A stretch of DNA of 64,000 nt from Eubacteriales bacterium (GCA_045612545.1 JAZKZH010000001.1:54513-118512); one strand, 5' to 3'; positions 45,069 to 54,111 are shown, counted from the stretch's first letter. Notes: a model not told the origin generated them from the sequence alone. Made by a program: numbers and translations.

Positions 45069-45577
45069 GACAATTATTTCTGTAAAAACAGGAAATCCGC
45101 CCACTCACTATTTGTTTGAGCCAAGCACAGCATTTTTCTCGTTACTTAATGTAACGAACGGGGGAATGTTTTCAACGAATAATCACCTATACTTGACTAT
45201 GCAGAAAAGAATCCATAAGATAGTACTTGAAGTTTGTCAATTCCAAAGCACACAGCAATTACACGCTGGAAAAGGAGTCTTGAGAAAGATGAAGCGATGA
45301 ATTAAACTTACTAATACCGAACGAAAGTCTATTCTTGTTCCTGCAGCAAGAGTTACGTGGGCGTTGCTGGTTTCGTAGATATCCGGACGTATATTGATTA
45401 TGCTATATACACTAACAATTTTTGCGGCCATTATTCGCTCATAGTTATAGCTATTGCAATATTGATGCTTGATCTTGCACTCACTATCAAACAAATATCC
45501 CTCAATAGCTAGTCACTAAATAGTCCCTTATAGCTTCAATTATTAACCACTCTAAATAAACTTAGGAGAGTATTTTA

Positions 45578-46468
45578 ATGAGGAAAATTACTTTTTTGAT
45601 TTTACTTGTTGCATTTATTGCATTATGTCTTTGCCTTGCAAGTTGCAACGACGATACAAATAGCAATGACCCTAACACAAGTTACATCATAGCTTCTGAC
45701 CCAGTGGAAAGCTATGATAATGTTTCGATATATTTTCCAGATAACGATAGGTCTGATGAAGAAGAAACTGTATCTACCGAAGGAAGCGAAGAAGAACCAA
45801 GCGAAATCAACGGATTCATTATCAAAGAAAAGAAATTCGATTTTGGGAGCAACAACGTTGTTCTCTTGAACGTGGAAAACAAGACGGCCCAAGACTACAC
45901 GCTGACTGTGAATGGAACGTATTTTGATCAAAATGGCAACGTGTTGAAGACCGACATACAATCGTTCGAGGATTTTGTTGCAGGCTATCAGGGGTATTTT
46001 CTGTTCAATCCGGAAATAGCATTCGACACTTTTAGCTTTACACTATCGTATAACTACTTTTCAGGCAAGCCTAGACTTTCAAATGTAAAACTTTTACAGT
46101 GGAATAAAGAGACTGCATTTTTCATGGTGTGGCAAGAACAATTGATTGAACTGGCAGGAATTGATGACACAATTTACAATACACTTTCTACAAATTACAA
46201 ATTTATTAATGAAAATGATGTTACCTTGCACATCAAGCGAGTTATGATTGCAATCGACAGCAACGATGAAATCATTTCCATTAAGCCGTTTGGATATGAG
46301 AAAGTAGCTCCTCGCGCATTTGGCGGAGGTACATTCCGGTTGTACCATACTTTGGATCCATTGACAAAAGATTCTCAAACTTGGCCTAAACACCTGCAGG
46401 GAGAAATTCAGTTAATCATGATACCAGTGGATGCCTTAACAGAAGAGGAGTATTCAGAATTGTCCTAA
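45578..46468 (+). CDS. Lipoprotein of unknown function
   Basis: Signal peptide plus lipobox LCLASC. 296 aa. Confidence 0.6.
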   Translation: MRKITFLILLVAFIALCLCLASCNDDTNSNDPNTSYIIASDPVESYDNVSIYFPDNDRSDEEETVSTEGSEEEPSEINGFIIKEKKFDFGSNNVVLLNVENKTAQDYTLTVNGTYFDQNGNVLKTDIQSFEDFVAGYQGYFLFNPEIAFDTFSFTLSYNYFSGKPRLSNVKLLQWNKETAFFMVWQEQLIELAGIDDTIYNTLSTNYKFINENDVTLHIKRVMIAIDSNDEIISIKPFGYEKVAPRAFGGGTFRLYHTLDPLTKDSQTWPKHLQGEIQLIMIPVDALTEEEYSELS

Positions 46469-46470
46469 TT

Positions 46471-46492
46471 CACATATTATGCAAATCAAGAG
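46471..46492. repeat. Left inverted repeat bracketing the Cx7C peptide gene
   Basis: CACATATTATGCAAATCAAGAG. It matches the reverse complement of 46775-46798 apart from a 2-nt indel and one mismatch. Confidence 0.8.
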
Positions 46493-46519
46493 AATAACAC
46501 ACAACAAGGAGTATATTCA

Positions 46520-46762
46520 ATGAAAAGAACAATCAAACTTATCAACTCTGAACGTTCCACCCCTTACGTAAACTCTAAAAAAGCAACCGTCTGCGAAGAA
46601 GGATCTTACGATTACTGCGTTTACATTGACGAGGCCAATTGCACAGGACTTTCGTATGATGTGTGCAACAAAGACAATGCCGCTTGTTACGAAGCAGGAT
46701 ACGATTACTGCACCAACTATAGAGATACCGATGCTTGCGGGGCATCTCGCGACTATAACTAA
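46520..46762 (+). CDS. Small Cys/Asp/Tyr-rich peptide (80 aa) with a regular Cx7C spacing; candidate RiPP precursor
   Basis: AAGGAG RBS. A hydrophilic 24-aa N-terminus without signal peptide is followed by seven Cys mostly 8 residues apart (C25, 33, 41, 49, 56, 64, 73), each followed by Asp within 3-6 residues. Confidence 0.55.
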   Translation: MKRTIKLINSERSTPYVNSKKATVCEEGSYDYCVYIDEANCTGLSYDVCNKDNAACYEAGYDYCTNYRDTDACGASRDYN

Positions 46763-46774
46763 CAACTAAAAAAA

Positions 46775-46798
46775 CTCTTGTTTTGCATAATATATGTG
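46775..46798. repeat. Right inverted repeat bracketing the Cx7C peptide gene
   Basis: CTCTTGTTTTGCATAATATATGTG. Confidence 0.8.
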
Positions 46799-46878
46799 TT
46801 TGGGGTACACCATGCGGTTGCTACGCGCAACCGCATGGTGAGTTTCGATGTACACTTTTTTTCACATAGGAGTTCGCA

Positions 46879-48060
46879 ATGAGAAAATGGATCTTTATAA
46901 TCTTCCCGTGCCTCGCTATCATATTGATTACAGTATTATTGTCTCAGCAGAATAGTACGTCCAACCATTCCTCGCAGGACTCGTTCTCCGAGAGCTCGCC
47001 GGAAACAGAATCAAGCACAATTATCGAATCCTCTTCCGAAGAACCATACAATGCCGCTCGTATTTTCTCTCGGGACGAAATTGAATCGATCCTACTCGAA
47101 AGAGAAAACGGTATCTATCGTTCTTTGACAAGCGAGCAGATCCACGAAATGATTTCGCATACCATTGAACTGTTTTCTACCTACGAACGGGTGGAGGTCA
47201 TGGATATAAATTATAATACGCATACTTTCTACGGGCTTCCATTTTACGCTTCGCAAGAATATTATAACTGTTTTAACAAAACCGCGTCGGCTTTAACCCT
47301 CGATTGTACGTTCGACTTACGCAAAGATATTTATGAAGCGATTCTTATGCAAATCGGTATTTTGCACGCCGAAGTCAACGCAGGATTTACCGTAAGTGGT
47401 TGGGAGATCGATTGCACCGTGGTCATATCCGGGTTGGACAAACAGTTGTCTAAAAAAGAATTCGACAACCTATCCGAGAAAATCGTGCAAGTGTTCCAGG
47501 AAAAAACGGGTTCGCAAAGCGACTTAAAGCAATTCGAGTGTGATGCCTTTCTCTTTATGGGGCCAAACTATATCGGCTATATACAAAACATTGCAACGGC
47601 AACAACTATGACGGAAGTATATCCCGACGCTTTGTTCCCCTATAAATCCAAGAAGTACGAATTTTCGACCGAAGAGAAAAGCGCGGTAGTGGAAGTTTGC
47701 GATTATCAAACCGATCGCGTCGTCGCGCGTATTCGTATTGCCGAGAGCGAACATATCTCAACCATTGATGCATTATGGGGACAACTTAACAGCCGGTCTG
47801 AATCCGGAGCTGTTGCCGCTACTCCCTCGCCTGATTATTATTTCGTGCTATATTTGAATGGATTTGAAGATCTTTTTGGAGACGGTACCGTTTTCGAGCC
47901 CACCACAAGAAGCATTGCATATTATCTCACCGATCACGGAATGAATTATGCCTTAGCTGACGACGGCGTGATCCGTGCCAAGCAATTCCAAATGAAAAGC
48001 GATTCGGCCTTGGGACAATATATTTATACCGTAGTTTCCGAACATATTAGCTTGGAGTAA
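46879..48060 (+). CDS. Membrane-anchored extracytoplasmic protein of unknown function
   Basis: N-terminal TM helix, Ser-rich linker, and a ~330-aa domain with no recognised motif. Confidence 0.55.
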   Translation: MRKWIFIIFPCLAIILITVLLSQQNSTSNHSSQDSFSESSPETESSTIIESSSEEPYNAARIFSRDEIESILLERENGIYRSLTSEQIHEMISHTIELFSTYERVEVMDINYNTHTFYGLPFYASQEYYNCFNKTASALTLDCTFDLRKDIYEAILMQIGILHAEVNAGFTVSGWEIDCTVVISGLDKQLSKKEFDNLSEKIVQVFQEKTGSQSDLKQFECDAFLFMGPNYIGYIQNIATATTMTEVYPDALFPYKSKKYEFSTEEKSAVVEVCDYQTDRVVARIRIAESEHISTIDALWGQLNSRSESGAVAATPSPDYYFVLYLNGFEDLFGDGTVFEPTTRSIAYYLTDHGMNYALADDGVIRAKQFQMKSDSALGQYIYTVVSEHISLE

Positions 48061-48071
48061 GGGAGGCACTT

Positions 48072-48938
48072 ATGTTTTTTGCAACTTACAAATCGACCTG
48101 CAAAACGCTTGTACGCTCTAAAACATTTTGGCTCTCGTTATTTGTCGTTATCGTTTACTGCGTTTATGACGTAGTTTTCGTGAATCACTACGGGTATTTT
48201 GACATGGTTGAACACGAAATGATATACGATACCGATCCTCGTTTCATTTTGGAATATTCTCAATTTGTCAAGCAGTCGATCAATTCCGCGGAAATGCTTT
48301 TGCGATTGTCCATGTCTATCTTTTTCGTCATTACCACCGTTTTGGCGTTGAACCGCGACTACGGCGACAGGTTTTTTGAGATCGAAAAGGCGGCAGGTGT
48401 AAAGCCCTCTTGTTATTTGTTCGGAAGACTTGCCGCGCTAATCTCCGTCAATTTTGGGTTGTTGCTTTTGGTACATACGATCACTTTCCAATGGTACGTG
48501 CTCTCCCGCGGCGGCGTGGCGGGGATGGCGTTTTGGGACTACGCATGGGAAGGCTTGGTACGTACGGCGCGCATTGATCTCCTTATGGGGTTGCCCTGCG
48601 TCATCTTTTTCGTGGGGCTTACGTATATGATCGGCTCGCTTTTCAAAAACGGTCTCCCCGCGGCCATCATGGGCATGGCGTACGGAATCTTCTGTATGCT
48701 TGTGGGGAAACTGTACACGGCGGGAGCTTTTGTGACCTTCTTCCAAGACTATCTTCGGCCGGAGCCTATGAAAATGTTTTGGTATTTGTATTATTACGAT
48801 ACGGAATGGTTTGAAGATGCTCTGAATACCATGCAGACCTCCGCGGGACGAGCATTTTTCAGCGTTGGCATTTTGGTGGGCGTTGCCGTTTTGTGCAGTG
48901 GGATTGCGTACGTAAAAATTCGCAAAAGGGCAATTTAA
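48072..48938 (+). CDS. Polytopic membrane protein, ABC-2-permease-like
   Basis: 288 aa with ~6 TM helices. No ATPase partner is adjacent. Confidence 0.5.
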   Translation: MFFATYKSTCKTLVRSKTFWLSLFVVIVYCVYDVVFVNHYGYFDMVEHEMIYDTDPRFILEYSQFVKQSINSAEMLLRLSMSIFFVITTVLALNRDYGDRFFEIEKAAGVKPSCYLFGRLAALISVNFGLLLLVHTITFQWYVLSRGGVAGMAFWDYAWEGLVRTARIDLLMGLPCVIFFVGLTYMIGSLFKNGLPAAIMGMAYGIFCMLVGKLYTAGAFVTFFQDYLRPEPMKMFWYLYYYDTEWFEDALNTMQTSAGRAFFSVGILVGVAVLCSGIAYVKIRKRAI

Positions 48939-49117
48939 TAAAAACGCTTCTATTATCACTTCACCAGTGATGATAAAAGCGTTTCATTAGTACCCTTTAA
49001 GACGTGGAAATACCCACACAGTTCTACTGGGGGAAGATAAAATACTTTAAAGCCTCCAAGATATAATGTGTAAGGTCTGGCGTCCGCATTACACAGAAAA
49101 TTAAGGAGGTTTTAATC

Positions 49118-49459
49118 ATGTTCAATAAAGTAGAATAGAACGAGATCAAAAGCACAGCGTACTCGAAGTATCGAGGCCAATATCACATCGTCTTTGCACC
49201 GAAACACAGACGTAACGACAAATTCATGGGATATCTCAAGAGGAGAAGATCTTTAATGATTTTCGTTCGACACGCAAATTTGAAACACAAGTATGGATCG
49301 AGGCATTTTTGGTGCAGAGGATACTATGTCGATACGGTAGGCAGAAACCAGAAAGTGATCGCAGAATGCGTCCGAAATCAACTTAAGGAAGATAACGCTT
49401 CGGATCAGATCAGTTTCAAGGAATTCACAGACCCATTTACGGTCGCCAAGAATAAATAG
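49118..49459 (+). pseudogene. tnpA: IS200/IS605-family tnpA (Y1 transposase) relic
   Basis: MFNKVE*…YHIVFAPKHRR…FMGYLKRRRSLMIFVRHANLKHKYGSRHFWCRGYYVDTVGRN. It has an in-frame TAG at codon 7, and the central ~50 aa (with the HUH motif) is missing. A TGTGTAA…TTACACA hairpin lies upstream. Confidence 0.75.
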
Positions 49460-50007
49460 GCAAAAAGGCAACTACACGTGAGCGGCTGCCTATGAGGTAA
49501 TGCAATGTCAAACTTCAGTGGTCCTTTTTAAGGGCGAAGCCTGTATTAACCCCTTATAGAGACTGTGCAAGTCACTGATTCAACCGGTGGTCTTGACTTG
49601 TCGGAGTGAAAGGATTTGAACCTTCAACTTCCACTCCTGAACTGTAAAAGCCTTGTACAACAGGTGCTTTTGAGTGATCTCCGGTGCTTTTCGGGCTAAA
49701 ATCACTGCTTTTGTGTGCTCTTGCTCTCGGGGTTTCCACATAGTCCAAGCCTGTAGATGGTCAAAGGTGTAGTCAGCATCGATTTTACGAGATTACTCGA
49801 ATCGTCCCAAAAAGCATCCCACCGTTTCTTCTGTTGTCGGTACAGCATACTTATACTCCAATTGCAAGGTCCACTCATAAAAACGAAAAATTACATCGCA
49901 GAAAATAAAGAAAAGACCTTGAGAAAAAAGTTGAATTTGTTGCGAAACAGATCTGAACTTTCTCGCCCTTCTGTGGTATTGTTATATGCTGACAAAAGCT
50001 GCAACCC

Positions 50008-50274
50008 ATGAAAAGTATTATAATGGGATTTTTGCGAGGAAACATTATACCGCTCGAGGGCGGAAGACCGAATGCTCACGAGGTGCAACAGCTGTTGGAG
50101 TACATCAGCAGACACAATGATGACCTGCAGAAGATCATGACCGATGAACAGGAGAAGACCTTCGAAAAGTTCCACGATTGCTGGAGTAAACATGCAAGCC
50201 TCTTAGATGAGGCATAGTTCGAACATGCGTTTAGACTCGGTATGCAGATTGCAATTGAAGTTCTATCACAGTGA
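50008..50274 (+). pseudogene. Small helical-protein gene interrupted by an in-frame TAG
   Basis: …DEQEKTFEKFHDCWSKHASLLDEA*FEHAFRLGMQIAIEVLSQ. Homology to the 43147 and 56465 copies continues in frame across the stop at 50215-50217. Confidence 0.45.
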
Positions 50275-50364
50275 GAAATAGGAACAAACAACATCGTGTT
50301 TCAATGGCAAGTAGAACTATTGCAAATCATTTACATATATTTGTCGTAAATTATGCATAACCGC

Positions 50365-50393
50365 CTGGCAAGTTTTCCCGAGCAAAGTATAAT
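50365..50393 (+). promoter_or_regulatory. Putative promoter of the A+T-rich operon
   Basis: CTGGCA (50365-50370), 17 nt, TATAAT (50388-50393). Confidence 0.45.
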
Positions 50394-50429
50394 TACGATG
50401 TCGAATTATAAGTAAATTAAGGAGATATT

Positions 50430-50540
50430 ATGGATTTTAACTATTTTCCCACGAAAGAAGCTGCCAAAACGCTTTCGTTGCCGAGTTATATGTCAAATGA
50501 TTTGCAAAGAAGTCAAGCTCGAGGGCGCAATTTAGTTTAG
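50430..50540 (+). CDS. 36-aa ORF with a strong RBS at the head of the rSAM operon (precursor-peptide or small-HTH candidate)
   Basis: AAGGAGATATT-ATG. MDFNYFPTKEAAKTLSLPSYMSNDLQRSQARGRNLV. No terminator before the rSAM gene. Confidence 0.3.
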   Translation: MDFNYFPTKEAAKTLSLPSYMSNDLQRSQARGRNLV

Positions 50541-50608
50541 CAAAGCGTTTGACTGGCGCCTCAAAAACTTGTCTCAGATATGATAGATAAACCAAAGGAA
50601 AGATAAAT

Positions 50609-51760
50609 ATGCCTCATTGTAACAAAAAAATGCTTTTTTTTTTTCTTACAACACGTTGCAATTTATGTTGTAGATATTGCTATAACGCTAAAGAACGAAA
50701 TGCTATAGAGGAAAAAACTATTCCTCTTGAGATCGCTTATGCAGCTATTGATCGGTATTTTAAAACAAACGATAGCCGCCACATCCGTTTTTACGGACCC
50801 GGTGAACCCACCCAAGAGTTTAAAAAAATGAAGCAGATCACCGAATACGCCAAGAGCCATCAAAACGGTGGCGAGCGTGTTACTGTTGAAATTCAGACCA
50901 ACGGTGTGTTTACAGAGGAAGTTCGCAACTGGGTTCTGGAGAACATGAATATCGTTTGGATGTCTTTCGACGGAATGAAGGACGTTCAAAATTACAACAG
51001 ACCGCTGAATCCCAAATATAATTCTGTTTTCGGCGGTAGAACTTCTGCTGATGTGTTAGAAGAGAACGTACGTTGGCTTAATGCAAATAAGGGTGAACGA
51101 AACTTGATGGTCGGCGCTCGCGTAACGATAACCGATAAAAACATCACCAAACAACACGAAATGGTAGATTATTTTTATAACTTGGGCATTCGTTATGTAT
51201 GGACTAACCCTTTGTTTTATTCTGTTGGTAAAATTCCTGTATGCGATGATGAAGCGAAACAACGAAACTACAGTTTTGATATGGATGCATACATAGAGAA
51301 TTATCTTGATGCCTATCATTACGCAAAGGAAAAAGGTGTATTCTGGGGCAGTTTCCTTACTATTAATTTTGATGGAGAGTCTGCATATCATTGCCGTTGT
51401 TGTACACCGCAAAACGCACCTCACATTACACCGGACGGATATATTTCCGCTTGTGATATGGTGGTCTTGGGTTTGGAAGCTTACCACATGGGCTTATTTA
51501 TTGTTGGTAAGTGGAACGAGAACGAAAAGGAGTTTGAGTTTTACGAAGATAAAATCAAGGCATTGAATGATAGAAAATCTACTCTCATGAAGCATTGCCA
51601 GAAATGTCCTGCACAGCTTCACTGCGGAGGATATTGTCTTGGCGAAACGGTAAATGAAACCGGTAGACTAGATGGACAAAATGTTGTTAAATGTGCTGCG
51701 GTGAAAAAACTTTATAAGGCACTTGGTGATAGCCCGGCATATCCGTACTTGCATCCGTAA
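50609..51760 (+). CDS. Radical SAM / SPASM-domain enzyme (no N-terminal peptide-recognition extension)
   Basis: CNLCCRYC (CxxxCxxC) at residues 17-24. C-terminal Cys clusters CRCCTPQNAPHITPDGYISAC and CQKCPAQLHCGGYC. Confidence 0.85.
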   Translation: MPHCNKKMLFFFLTTRCNLCCRYCYNAKERNAIEEKTIPLEIAYAAIDRYFKTNDSRHIRFYGPGEPTQEFKKMKQITEYAKSHQNGGERVTVEIQTNGVFTEEVRNWVLENMNIVWMSFDGMKDVQNYNRPLNPKYNSVFGGRTSADVLEENVRWLNANKGERNLMVGARVTITDKNITKQHEMVDYFYNLGIRYVWTNPLFYSVGKIPVCDDEAKQRNYSFDMDAYIENYLDAYHYAKEKGVFWGSFLTINFDGESAYHCRCCTPQNAPHITPDGYISACDMVVLGLEAYHMGLFIVGKWNENEKEFEFYEDKIKALNDRKSTLMKHCQKCPAQLHCGGYCLGETVNETGRLDGQNVVKCAAVKKLYKALGDSPAYPYLHP

Positions 51761-51796
51761 GTGTGCATATGTTGCTTATAATAGAGGAGAATTTTT

Positions 51797-52930
51797 ATGG
51801 AAAAATTTATTAGAGAATTTCTTGATTTGGTAGATAATGGCTCGGAAAAAGAAAGGGATGATTATTTAACAAATTTGGGAAAAGAGCAGTTGTACGATAT
51901 TATTAAGTATGCTATAGATAATAAATCGTTAGCATGGAAAAACAGAATGTTACTGCAAATGGTACAATATTCTCCCTTTTCATTTTGGGCGTGTGATGAT
52001 CAATATGTCATCAAACTTTGGGAAGCTGCGAGTACTGAAATCTATGGCGATGATTATTTGGGAAAGGAGTTCTGGCGTTTTGTTGAGAAAAAAGAACGCG
52101 AAAAAGCTCTTCGCGATTGTTTGACAATTATTTCCAAAAAGGGTGGACGTGTGAAAGCATTCGATAATTATTATGCCATAGAGGAAGATAATATTGGTAT
52201 TATAACTCAAAGCATTTCAATATACGATGATATAAATGATGAGTATTTGCAAGGCGAGATTGGATTGCATATAAATCTATCCAGCGTTCAAAAAAAACAT
52301 GAGGATATAATTTCCGAAAGAAATATTGCTGTAAAACGATTTGAAGCTGATTGTGATGCTTTACTTGCCGAATTTCGCGAGTATAGAGAAGAAATTTACC
52401 GAAAAATAAAAGAACATGCAAAAATCTCTGAAAGAGCAAAATTAAGAGATGAGTGTTGTAAGACGGTTGACTTTTTTTGCAAGCAACTTAATGAATTGCG
52501 CATAAATGCAACAGTATTGGAACAGTCTAATTTGGATAGTCTTCGAAATCAATTTTATTCTGCTATGGAAGAAATTGAAGATCAGATAAATCAAGAAAAA
52601 GTATGTGTGCTTGCTGATACTTCCATTAAACAATCGCGAAATAAAGCGATTACGATAGCATATGCAAAGCTAGAAGAAGTCAAGAATTGTGTAAAAACAG
52701 AAGCAGATCGCTTGCATCAATTGATGAAAATAAGCGAAAACAATAGGGCAGAGTTGAGCGATCGGTTAAACGCAATTCATATCTCTCAAGCCGATTTTGA
52801 AAATCATATTAACGAGATAATTGATAGTCTTAAGGTAGCTCCCACAATAGCTACGGTAAATGCCCTTAGTAATGATGTGGAAAATATAGCACGAAAGACA
52901 TTAGCAGAAATACGAGGATATGAAATATGA
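51797..52930 (+). CDS. PAS-like domain protein with a long C-terminal coiled coil
   Basis: 377 aa. Residues ~55-155 look PAS-like (FSFWACDDQYVIKLWEAAST…), and the remainder is heptad-rich helical sequence. Confidence 0.5.
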   Translation: MEKFIREFLDLVDNGSEKERDDYLTNLGKEQLYDIIKYAIDNKSLAWKNRMLLQMVQYSPFSFWACDDQYVIKLWEAASTEIYGDDYLGKEFWRFVEKKEREKALRDCLTIISKKGGRVKAFDNYYAIEEDNIGIITQSISIYDDINDEYLQGEIGLHINLSSVQKKHEDIISERNIAVKRFEADCDALLAEFREYREEIYRKIKEHAKISERAKLRDECCKTVDFFCKQLNELRINATVLEQSNLDSLRNQFYSAMEEIEDQINQEKVCVLADTSIKQSRNKAITIAYAKLEEVKNCVKTEADRLHQLMKISENNRAELSDRLNAIHISQADFENHINEIIDSLKVAPTIATVNALSNDVENIARKTLAEIRGYEI

Positions 52931-53319
52931 AGTTGTTTAAGTTGAATCATGAATATTATACATTTATAAGTGGTGCAATAATTTCCATTGCAATCTCGCT
53001 TATGTTTGAAGCTGTGAAAAACTCAGACTTATTACCTTTGTTACTTTGCCTTTCTTCAATGCTTTTGATGCTTTTTTCAAGCGTATTGTGCTTTGTTCTA
53101 TCCATTCGAGTTAAAATAACACAAGAAACTTTTATAAAAAACTTAGAGGTTCAAGAGGCTCTGCGTTATAACGATCCCAAAGCGGCCTGGAATGATACGG
53201 TTTTCGCAGGAGAAGGGAGACTTAATCACAATGGTAAGATTCTTTTAACATTATTTATTACTACCATGTTAACATGTGTTGGGAGTTTAGTATTATATTT
53301 ATTTTCAATAATTATGTAA
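52927..53319 (+). CDS. Small integral membrane protein
   Basis: 130 aa with three hydrophobic helices. Its start overlaps the upstream stop (ATGA). Confidence 0.5.
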   Translation: MKLFKLNHEYYTFISGAIISIAISLMFEAVKNSDLLPLLLCLSSMLLMLFSSVLCFVLSIRVKITQETFIKNLEVQEALRYNDPKAAWNDTVFAGEGRLNHNGKILLTLFITTMLTCVGSLVLYLFSIIM

Positions 53320-53344
53320 TTTTTTTACTAGGAGGATAAAAAAA

Positions 53345-54094
53345 ATGAAAAATCGTAAAGTTTACCTTGTTACCGGCGGTGCTGGAGGAATCGGTTCTGC
53401 AATTTGTCTTAAAATAGCAGAGATGGACAAAAACTCTCTTGTTTTGATTCATTACAATACATCACATTCAAGTGCTGTCAAGATTAAGAATAAGATTATT
53501 CAAGATGGAGGGGCTGCAGAGATCATTCAAAGTGATTTGGAGAGCAAGAGTGAGGTAGAGCTTTTTGCAAAGTCAATTTTAGAAAAATATTCCAAAGTGG
53601 ATTGTCTTATAAATTGTGCCGGTTATGTTCGTGATTGCAATGTGATCGATCGCGAATATGAAGATTTTGAAAAAACATTCCGTATTAATCTGTTTGCGCC
53701 GTTCCTGCTTTCTAAGATTCTGGGCTTTGAAATGGTGAAAAACCAATCGGGACAAATTATTAATATTTCGAGTACAAATGGTGTGAATACCATTTATCCG
53801 ACAAGTATAGATTATGATGCGAGCAAAGCTGCTTTAAATAGTCTTACCAGAAATCTTGCCATAGAATTGGCACCATATGTTAATGTAAATGCGGTTATGC
53901 CAGGGTGGGTTGGAACGCCTATGAATAATGAATTGCCTGAAGATTTTTTGGAAGAAGAGAAAAAGACCACGTTGCTTGAACGTTTTGCTGAACCAGAAGA
54001 GATAGCAGATATGGTGTTTTTCCTCTCGAGCGATAAGGCAAGATATATTACCGCTGCTATAATTCCCGTAGATGGCGGACTCAAAGTAAGATAA
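53345..54094 (+). CDS. Short-chain dehydrogenase/reductase (FabG-like)
   Basis: TGGAGGIGSAI cofactor motif, NISS…YDASKAAL catalytic motif, and PGWVGTPM. Confidence 0.9.
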   Translation: MKNRKVYLVTGGAGGIGSAICLKIAEMDKNSLVLIHYNTSHSSAVKIKNKIIQDGGAAEIIQSDLESKSEVELFAKSILEKYSKVDCLINCAGYVRDCNVIDREYEDFEKTFRINLFAPFLLSKILGFEMVKNQSGQIINISSTNGVNTIYPTSIDYDASKAALNSLTRNLAIELAPYVNVNAVMPGWVGTPMNNELPEDFLEEEKKTTLLERFAEPEEIADMVFFLSSDKARYITAAIIPVDGGLKVR

Positions 54095-54111
54095 GGAAAT
54101 GGTGTTTTTGA

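Noticed and set aside
45013-45494. ORFs 45013-45300 (+) and 45237-45494 (-), considered as a possible anti-sigma factor after the ECF-like sigma gene.
   Set aside because: There is no zinc-binding HxxxCxxC motif or transmembrane helix, the RBS spacing is poor, and the ORFs overlap each other. The 500-bp region is better treated as non-coding or decayed.
49601-49640. tRNA-like T-arm/acceptor fragment on the minus strand (GGAGTG…GAAGGTTCAAATCCTTTCACTCCGA), considered as a relic att site.
   Set aside because: No D-arm or anticodon arm can be folded from the adjoining sequence. The stretch also sits inside a longer degenerate protein-coding frame, so the resemblance may be coincidental.
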